Shown in pieces: positions 57,582 through 64,000 of a stretch of DNA of 64,000 nucleotides. The DNA comes from an uncultured Flavimarina sp. Lineage in GTDB: Bacteria > Bacteroidota > Bacteroidia > Flavobacteriales > Flavobacteriaceae. Below the pieces are notes generated by a model that ran no database searches, was not told where the DNA came from, and saw only the letters and a list, made by a program, of their open reading frames with translations. Position 1 is the first letter of the stretch; the number at the start of each line of letters is the position of its first letter. The stretch is from the NCBI GenBank assembly GCA_964398145.1, contig CAYNMH010000003.1, positions 4,156 through 68,155 on the forward strand, in the 5' to 3' direction. A program made the position numbers and the translations under genes.

Positions 57582-58964
57582 TTAATAGTGAAAATGTTCG
57601 CTCTCAATGAGGAATGGATTATTCTTAGGTCGTAATGATACTCTTGAAAGCCCCAAGCCTACTGTAAAAACAAAGAGACCCAGGAAGAACAGCAGTCCTG
57701 CAAATTCAGTTATACCAAAAGTGCCGTAAGGCCCTACAGTTGAAGGCATCACTAAAAGGTAAATATCTATATAGTGACCTACGAGAATGATGATTCCGGC
57801 AATAACCACAAACCAGGAAACCCGCTTGAAATCACTATTCATCAAAATTAAAATTGGGAATACAAAGTTAATAATAAGCATTCCAAAGAAGATAGGATTA
57901 TACTCCTGTATTCTCAAAATGAAATACGTTACTTCTTCCGGAATGTTTGCATACCAAATTAACATAAACTGACCAAACCATAAATATGTCCAGAAAACAC
58001 TGAATCCAAACATAAACTTAGCCAAATCGTGCAGGTGACTGTCGTTAACAAATTCCAACTGACCGATTGCCTTAAGAGAAACAGTCACAATTGCTATTAC
58101 GGTAACTGCAGAAACAATAATGCTTGCAAAAATATACCACGCAAACAGGGTACTGTACCAGTGTGGAGTCATTGACATAAACCAGTCCCAGGCCATTGTT
58201 GATTCGGTAACAATAAAAAATGCCAGGAAGTAAACCGAGTATTTAAATATGTTTTTATAGGGTCTAAGAGTTTCTGCAGTATCTAAATCTCTTGAATTTT
58301 TAACTGCGAAATAGCGGTATAAGTTCCATCCTACCACGTAGATGATTCCACGTATTAACCAGAATGGAAAATTAAGGTAACCCGATTTCCCCTGAAGGAT
58401 TTCATCTTCAGCTACCAGCTCGTGATTCATCCAGGGATAGAAATGCTCTCCCGCCAGTACCACGATTAATAAAACGATAACAGATCCCGGAAGAAGATAA
58501 GCAGTGATACCTTCCATAACTCTGAAGAGTAAGGGAGACCATCCCGCCTGTGCCGCGTTTTGAATAGCATAAAAAACCAGAGTTCCCAAAGCAATCATCA
58601 TAAAAAAGAATGCAGCAATAAAAACGGCAGACCAGGGTTTGGTTTGCAGTTGATGCAAGACGTGCTCCATATGTTCACCATCTTCGTGAGCAGCGTGACC
58701 CATATCTTTATCTGCTGCCATCGCGCGCTCTGAATAACCGTGCTCCCCTTTAACCTCGTCTACAAGATTGGTTTCTTCATGATGCGCTTCACCCCCTTCG
58801 TGGTGTGTTTCACCGCCACCGTGGTGAGCTTCCTGCGCCGCAAGAATTTCATTAGCCTCCTCTACTGTTCCCGGAACAGAAAGAAAACCAAATACCAATC
58901 CTATTAAACCCAGTGCCATACAAATAATGGCGAAAAGTCTTAATTTACTAGAAAACTTGTACAT
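57582..58964 (-). CDS. actF: Alternative complex III subunit ActF (NrfD-like membrane subunit)
   Basis: 460-aa polytopic protein, placed between actE and ctaC as in flavobacterial ACIII-oxidase loci. Contains a His-rich loop after TM1. Confidence 0.8.
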   Translation of the reverse strand: MYKFSSKLRLFAIICMALGLIGLVFGFLSVPGTVEEANEILAAQEAHHGGGETHHEGGEAHHEETNLVDEVKGEHGYSERAMAADKDMGHAAHEDGEHMEHVLHQLQTKPWSAVFIAAFFFMMIALGTLVFYAIQNAAQAGWSPLLFRVMEGITAYLLPGSVIVLLIVVLAGEHFYPWMNHELVAEDEILQGKSGYLNFPFWLIRGIIYVVGWNLYRYFAVKNSRDLDTAETLRPYKNIFKYSVYFLAFFIVTESTMAWDWFMSMTPHWYSTLFAWYIFASIIVSAVTVIAIVTVSLKAIGQLEFVNDSHLHDLAKFMFGFSVFWTYLWFGQFMLIWYANIPEEVTYFILRIQEYNPIFFGMLIINFVFPILILMNSDFKRVSWFVVIAGIIILVGHYIDIYLLVMPSTVGPYGTFGITEFAGLLFFLGLFVFTVGLGLSRVSLRPKNNPFLIESEHFHY

Positions 58965-58985
58965 AATTGAAATATCCTGCCTTTA

Positions 58986-59654
58986 TTATTCTTCAGTTTG
59001 TGCTTCTTCAGACATTACCTGTCCTTCATCAGCCATTTCGTCCTGCTCCATCTGAGCTTCCTCTGCTGCAGTTTCTCCTTCAAAAGCTCGCTTCGGCTTA
59101 CCGTCTAATGCATCTTTAAGATCCATCACATAATGATTTATAAGCCATAGTTCACGTTCAGTGGTCTGTGTTGCATAGGAACCCATTGTGTTAATTCCAT
59201 AATAGGTAACATGGTAAACACTACCTTCGGTAATCGCACGTCCCTGATCATTGTATGCAGGGATCCCTAAAATTTTCTCACGTTCTGCAAGCGTACCTTT
59301 ACCGTCACCTTTATCTCCATGACAAATAGCACAGTAGAGGGTATAAAGCATCTTGCCTTCATTCACATTATCTTCGGTGTAAGGCAGTGGATTTTTAAGA
59401 TTGGCTTTAGCTGCGTCATAACCTTCGCGGTTATCTTCGTATTCATATGGCATCCAGCCTCTGGAAACTGTTCCTTCAACCGGGTGCATAGCTTCCATTT
59501 GGTTTGGAAATACATCGTATTTTCCATAAGCCTCATAACTGACCTCCTCATACATGTTTGGCATGTACTCATAGTTTCTGTAGTCCTTATCCTGACAAGA
59601 AACTATCAAAACCAGCATTACTAATGAAGATACTATTTTGATACTATTTTTCAT
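58986..59654 (-). CDS. actE: Alternative complex III monoheme cytochrome c lipoprotein ActE
   Basis: Signal peptide with lipobox (IVSC), a single CAICH heme c motif, and an acidic C-terminal tail. Confidence 0.82.
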   Translation of the reverse strand: MKNSIKIVSSLVMLVLIVSCQDKDYRNYEYMPNMYEEVSYEAYGKYDVFPNQMEAMHPVEGTVSRGWMPYEYEDNREGYDAAKANLKNPLPYTEDNVNEGKMLYTLYCAICHGDKGDGKGTLAEREKILGIPAYNDQGRAITEGSVYHVTYYGINTMGSYATQTTERELWLINHYVMDLKDALDGKPKRAFEGETAAEEAQMEQDEMADEGQVMSEEAQTEE

Positions 59655-59657
59655 TTG

Positions 59658-60197
59658 TTAAGCGTGTTCTTCGTTATGTATTAGACTTATTTCAGATGCG
59701 CCGGTATCATATAAAAATTTTGATAAGGCATCCAAATCATGACCTGCGGCATCTACTTCTAAAAGAAAATGATCGTCTGTCGTTCTAGGGTCCGGGTTTT
59801 CGGCTTTCTTAAATGGCCAGATTTTACTTCTTAGATAAAAAGTAATTACCATCAAGTGTGCTGCAAAGAATACCGTAAGTTCAAACATAATGGGCACAAA
59901 CGCCGGCATATTCTGCAGGTAGGAAAAACTGGGTTTACCACCTATATTCCGAGGCCAATCTTCGATCATAATAAAATTCATCATCAAGGTAGCCACACTC
60001 AAACCTATCAACCCATAAATAAATGAACAAATTGCAATACGGGTGTAAGGCAGGCCCATCGCTTTATCGAGACCGTGAACGGGGAATGGCGTGTAAGCCT
60101 CATTAATGTGATAATGCTTTGCACGTATTTCCTTAACTGCTTTCATAAGGACGTCGTCATCATTATAAAGCACATGTAAAACGTTTCCTGATGCCAT
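59658..60197 (-). CDS. actD: Alternative complex III subunit ActD (DUF3341)
   Basis: 179 aa: a soluble N-terminal part plus two TM helices. Position between actC and actE. Confidence 0.78.
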   Translation of the reverse strand: MASGNVLHVLYNDDDVLMKAVKEIRAKHYHINEAYTPFPVHGLDKAMGLPYTRIAICSFIYGLIGLSVATLMMNFIMIEDWPRNIGGKPSFSYLQNMPAFVPIMFELTVFFAAHLMVITFYLRSKIWPFKKAENPDPRTTDDHFLLEVDAAGHDLDALSKFLYDTGASEISLIHNEEHA

Positions 60198-60199
60198 AA

Positions 60200-61990
60200 T
60201 TAGTTTTTAAGTTTTTGTGCCTGACCTGCCCAATCATCGCGCTCCGCTCTACCGGGGAATGCATCGATTATCTCATCCAGCAAATCATATTCTTTTTTTG
60301 TCATTCTACTTACCTGATCGTAGGTATAAATACCCAACTGGTGTAATTTCTGCTCCATTACAGGTCCCACACCACTTATTTTCTTAAGATCGTCTGCAGT
60401 TTGTGTTGCAGGATCGTAGGTGCCTATATGAGCAAGCATCATATCAATCTCTGCTTTCTTAGCTTCTGTATCTACTAAAGCATCTGCATTTACTGTAGAT
60501 TGATGATAAGTGCTTGACGAATTAGAAGCTACCCCAAGAGAATTAGGTCGCGGACTATACTTGGAAGTACGGGTATCTGTGGCCGTACCGGCAAGATCCT
60601 CACCAGATTCACGAATGCGTTTGTACCGTGCTCCTGATGATTTCAAGATACTTTTAACCTCTGCCTGGGCGATAACCGGGAAGGTACGCGCATACAACAG
60701 GAACAATACAAAGAAGAATCCTATGGTTCCTACGAAAACTCCAATATCTACAAATGTAGGCGAGAACATAGACCAAGACGAAGGTAAACGGTCTTTACTT
60801 AAACAGATTACAATAATATCAAAACGCTCAAACCACATCCCAATATTGATGATCAGGGCTACAATAAACGTCCAAAGGATATTGCGTCTCCATTTCTTCA
60901 CCCAAAGCGTAAGTGGCACGATCAGGTTACAAATGATAAGTGCCCAAAATGCCCACCAGTACGGTCCGGTTGCAGCACCAAAAGAAAGATACGTATAGTT
61001 TTCGTAAGGCACCCCGGAATACCAACCGATAAAGTATTCAGTCAAATAAGCGACTGTAACAATACCTCCGGTTAAGAGGATTACCTTATTCATAAATTCG
61101 ATATGTACAATAGTAATGTAATTCTCCAGGCTTACCACTTTCCGCATTACGAGAAGAAGGGTCTGCACCATTGCAAAACCGGAGAAAATTGCACCAGCCA
61201 CAAAGTAAGGAGGGAAAATGGTACTATGCCAACCCGGAACAACCGAAGTTGCAAAGTCAAAGGATACAATCGTGTGTACCGAAAGTACCAGAGGAGTTGC
61301 AAGACCTGCAAGCACCAACGAAACCTCTTCAAAACGCTGCCAGTCTTTAGCACGACCACTCCAACCGAAACTCAATATTCCATATATTTTTTGCTGGAAC
61401 GGGCTCTTGGTACGGTCTCTGATCATAGCAAAGTCGGGCAAAAGACCTGTCCACCAGAATACCAGAGATACTGAAAGATATGTGGAAATCGCAAATACGT
61501 CCCAAAGCAGCGGTGAATTGAAGTTTACCCAAAGCGATCCAAACTGGTTAGGTATAGGCAATACCCAATAGGCTAACCATGGGCGTCCCATGTGAATAAT
61601 AGGGAATAAACCCGCCTGAACAACGGCAAATATGGTCATCGCCTCTGCAGATCGGTTAATTGCCATACGCCATTTTTGACGGAATAAAAGCAATACCGCA
61701 GAAATAAGGGTACCTGCGTGACCAATACCTACCCACCAAACGAAGTTGGTAATATCCCAGGCCCAGCCAATGGTTTTATTAAGACCCCAAACCCCAATAC
61801 CGGTAGAAACGGTATATACAATACAGCCCAAGCCCCAAAGGAATGCTACAAGAGCTATAGAAAATACTATCCACCAAGATTTGTTGGCCTTTCCTAAGAT
61901 AGGAGCTCCTACATCGACGCTGATGTCGTGGTAAGATTTCTCTCCAAGAATCAAAGGCTCTCTTATGGGTGCTTCGTAGTGTGACGACAT
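60200..61990 (-). CDS. actC: Alternative complex III quinol-interacting subunit ActC (NrfD/PsrC family) with C-terminal extension
   Basis: 596 aa. An NrfD-like polytopic core of about 440 aa, followed by a 154-aa hydrophilic tail. Confidence 0.88.
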   Translation of the reverse strand: MSSHYEAPIREPLILGEKSYHDISVDVGAPILGKANKSWWIVFSIALVAFLWGLGCIVYTVSTGIGVWGLNKTIGWAWDITNFVWWVGIGHAGTLISAVLLLFRQKWRMAINRSAEAMTIFAVVQAGLFPIIHMGRPWLAYWVLPIPNQFGSLWVNFNSPLLWDVFAISTYLSVSLVFWWTGLLPDFAMIRDRTKSPFQQKIYGILSFGWSGRAKDWQRFEEVSLVLAGLATPLVLSVHTIVSFDFATSVVPGWHSTIFPPYFVAGAIFSGFAMVQTLLLVMRKVVSLENYITIVHIEFMNKVILLTGGIVTVAYLTEYFIGWYSGVPYENYTYLSFGAATGPYWWAFWALIICNLIVPLTLWVKKWRRNILWTFIVALIINIGMWFERFDIIVICLSKDRLPSSWSMFSPTFVDIGVFVGTIGFFFVLFLLYARTFPVIAQAEVKSILKSSGARYKRIRESGEDLAGTATDTRTSKYSPRPNSLGVASNSSSTYHQSTVNADALVDTEAKKAEIDMMLAHIGTYDPATQTADDLKKISGVGPVMEQKLHQLGIYTYDQVSRMTKKEYDLLDEIIDAFPGRAERDDWAGQAQKLKN

Positions 61991-62023
61991 ATTAATATAT
62001 TGATATTTGTATTTTAAACTTTA

Positions 62024-64000
62024 TTAAGCCTCAGCTGTGTTCTTAACTTTTACGTGATAGAATACATTTGGTTTCACCCCAATATCTTCTAACAGATAGT
62101 ACTTACGCTTGTCATTCTTAAGTGCTACGATTTCAGATTCTGGCATATTTACATCGCCAAACTTAATCGCGCCCTGATCGCAGGCATTGCTACAAGCTGT
62201 TGCAAACTCCCCGTCTTCAACCACACGTCCTTCACGTTTCGCATCAAGAATGGTTTTTTGAGTCATCTGGATACACATAGAACACTTCTCCATAACCCCG
62301 CGTGAACGTACAGTCACATCAGGATTAAGAACCATACGGCCCAGATCATTATTCATGTTGTAATCAAACTCATCGTTTTCACTGTATAAGAACCAGTTGA
62401 AACGACGTACTTTATACGGACAGTTATTTGCGCAATAACGCGTACCCACACAACGGTTATACGTCATCTGGTTCTGACCCTGTCTTCCGTGACCAATTGC
62501 AGCAACCGGACAAACCGTCTCACAAGGAGCATGGTTACAGTGCTGACACATTACAGGCTGGAAGGCTACTTCCGGATTATCATAAGATTGTTTCTCAACT
62601 ACAGAATAACTATCCATTGCAGGCAGCTCCTCAAGCGTTTCAGTTTCTTCTACAAAAGTGTCTTCAGAAGAGTAATAACGGTCGATGCGCAACCAGTGCA
62701 TATCTCTGAAATTTCTAACCTCCTGCTTACCTACAACCGGAACGTTGTTTTCAGCATGACATGCAATTACACAAGCCCCGCAACCGGTACAGGCATTAAG
62801 ATCTATAGAAAGGTTAAAATGTGGTCCAAAAGTATCATCAAAAGATTCCCAGATGTCTGCATTTTTATCGCGTACTGAAATCTCGGAATGATTGTAATCC
62901 ACGTGACCTACGTGATTCCATTCAGCAGCATCCTTAGTGTTGAAAATTTCAAGAGTAGTCTCTTTAATGATATCATCTGCACGACCCACCATGGTGTTTT
63001 GCATTTGCACACAGGCAAATTCATGCCATCCACTGGTCTTTTTAATCTGTACGGTTTGCGTTGACTTAAAATCTTTGTAAAGTGGATATGCATTAACACC
63101 TACCTGCATTTCTTCCTGCACAGCTGCTTTTTTACCATATCCTAAAGCCAGACCTACTGAACCCGGTGCCTGACCCGGTTGAACAAATACCGGTACTTGT
63201 TCCAAAGTCACATCTCCCAGAGTAATGCTAACATAATTCCCGTTCAGCGCTCCTTTCGAAGTAATTTCATTTTCTATTCCTAAACGATCAGCATCTGCTT
63301 TAGACATCGTCAGGTAATTGTCCCAGGAAGTTCGGGTAATAGGATCTGGAAATTCCTGCAACCAGGGGTTATTAGCCTGCTCGCCATTTCCTAAACCGGT
63401 ACTTGAGTACAAGGTGAGTTCAAAACCATTTCCGGCCGCCTCTCCTTCCTGACTAAGCGCACTTAAAGCACTTGAAAGTGTAATTGCACCATCAGCAGTC
63501 ATACTCTCCTGAGTATTCATCGCAGCACCATCTGCCGAAGACGCTGCTTCGAAAGCGATACCGTCTTGCAAAGCCTGGTTAAAGCTCTTATTGGTGTTTG
63601 TCCAATTCGACTTTAAATAGTCATAATAAGACATATTATTATTCGTCCATCTTAACAAACACTCCTGAAACTGTCTGGTATCGAAAAGAGGCTTAATTGC
63701 AGGCTGCATCAGACACACATACCCCTTTTTGATTTCCACATCTCCCCAGGACTCCAAGTAATGAGGAGTAGGAGCCAGATAATTACAGAGCATACCGGTC
63801 TCATCTTCTTTCATATTGAAAGAAACCTTTACATCAACCTTTTCAAGACCAGACTTAAATTCGTTTACATTCGGAAGGCTGTAAGCAGGGTTAACCCCCA
63901 CTACAAACAACGCACCTACCGAGCCAGCATTCATATCAGCCACCATTTGACTAACCTCCTGCGCATTACCCTGACGGGTCATTTTGGGAGCTGTAGTATC
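62024..64000 (-). CDS. actB: Alternative complex III Fe-S / molybdopterin-oxidoreductase-like subunit ActB (5' end beyond the window)
   Basis: Fe-S Cys clusters CTGCGACVIAC, CQHCNHAPCETVCP and CVGTRYCANNCPYK. The reading frame stays open from 63982 to the window edge (..DTTAPKM..). Confidence 0.88.
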   Translation of the reverse strand, partial: DTTAPKMTRQGNAQEVSQMVADMNAGSVGALFVVGVNPAYSLPNVNEFKSGLEKVDVKVSFNMKEDETGMLCNYLAPTPHYLESWGDVEIKKGYVCLMQPAIKPLFDTRQFQECLLRWTNNNMSYYDYLKSNWTNTNKSFNQALQDGIAFEAASSADGAAMNTQESMTADGAITLSSALSALSQEGEAAGNGFELTLYSSTGLGNGEQANNPWLQEFPDPITRTSWDNYLTMSKADADRLGIENEITSKGALNGNYVSITLGDVTLEQVPVFVQPGQAPGSVGLALGYGKKAAVQEEMQVGVNAYPLYKDFKSTQTVQIKKTSGWHEFACVQMQNTMVGRADDIIKETTLEIFNTKDAAEWNHVGHVDYNHSEISVRDKNADIWESFDDTFGPHFNLSIDLNACTGCGACVIACHAENNVPVVGKQEVRNFRDMHWLRIDRYYSSEDTFVEETETLEELPAMDSYSVVEKQSYDNPEVAFQPVMCQHCNHAPCETVCPVAAIGHGRQGQNQMTYNRCVGTRYCANNCPYKVRRFNWFLYSENDEFDYNMNNDLGRMVLNPDVTVRSRGVMEKCSMCIQMTQKTILDAKREGRVVEDGEFATACSNACDQGAIKFGDVNMPESEIVALKNDKRKYYLLEDIGVKPNVFYHVKVKNTAEA

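Noticed and set aside
60510-60998. A 162-aa plus-strand ORF antisense to actC. Similar shadow ORFs occur at 54893-55327, 61103-61571, 62428-62878, 44813-45181, 36773-37135, 29467-29868 and 24097-24429.
   Set aside because: All lie inside strongly supported minus-strand genes. None has recognisable motifs, a start context or a terminator. Their composition is consistent with antisense translation artefacts.
1-64000. A search for CRISPR arrays, tRNA/rRNA genes, IS elements or transposases, integrases, toxin-antitoxin pairs and defence islands.
   Set aside because: No spaced direct repeat arrays were found. No intergenic gap exceeds 251 nt, and none has tRNA-like arms. No ORF carries transposase, integrase or nuclease-type motifs. 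The window reads as conserved core chromosome.

Overview
This window looks like core chromosome from a Flavobacteriia-type Bacteroidota genome. The taxon call rests on the T9SS genes sprA and porP/sprF, an alternative complex III next to an aa3-type oxidase, TAnnTTTG -7 boxes, and a near absence of Shine-Dalgarno sequences. I count about 57 protein genes, tightly packed. I found no rRNA or tRNA genes, CRISPR arrays, transposases, integrases or prophage blocks.

Gene content, left to right:
- a partial plus-strand CDS end, then clpX-clpP-tig;
- a FadL-type outer-membrane channel with a large SGNH lipoprotein;
- an alpha/beta hydrolase with pdxJ, then a CBS-domain protein with nadK;
- a DUF6089-like barrel followed by uppS-bamA-skp-skp-murI;
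- an isolated porP/sprF gene, an Nfu-type Fe-S protein, a dodecin and an MscS channel;
- a long minus-strand block: a MacAB-TolC-like efflux operon (ATPase, two permeases, adaptor, TolC, second adaptor) ending in tsaB;
- oxidase assembly genes (a Cys-less Sco-like protein, SCO, DUF420, a small CxxC protein), then cyoE, two subunit-III-family genes and subunit IV;
- a Dabb lipoprotein, then three consecutive genes carrying TonB-C-type domains, one fused to a large outer-membrane barrel;
- vanZ, gcvH, the 2435-aa T9SS translocon sprA, ruvA and maeB;
- an SLC45-like MFS transporter, queG, a P450 and ruvB;
- ctaD, ctaC and ACIII actF-E-D-C-B, with actB truncated by the window end.

I see no clear-cut novel system. 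The best leads are domain-level oddities inside conserved loci:
- a 154-aa C-terminal extension on ActC carrying a helix-hairpin-helix-like module;
- a secreted TonB-C domain fused to an outer-membrane barrel, beside two TonB paralogues;
- a tail-anchored CxxC micro-protein and a ligand-less Sco paralogue in the oxidase assembly operon;
- an efflux operon with two adaptors and two permeases;
- the FadL/oversized SGNH lipoprotein pair;
- a P450 wedged between ruvB and queG.

All family assignments come from motif reading by eye. No searches were run.
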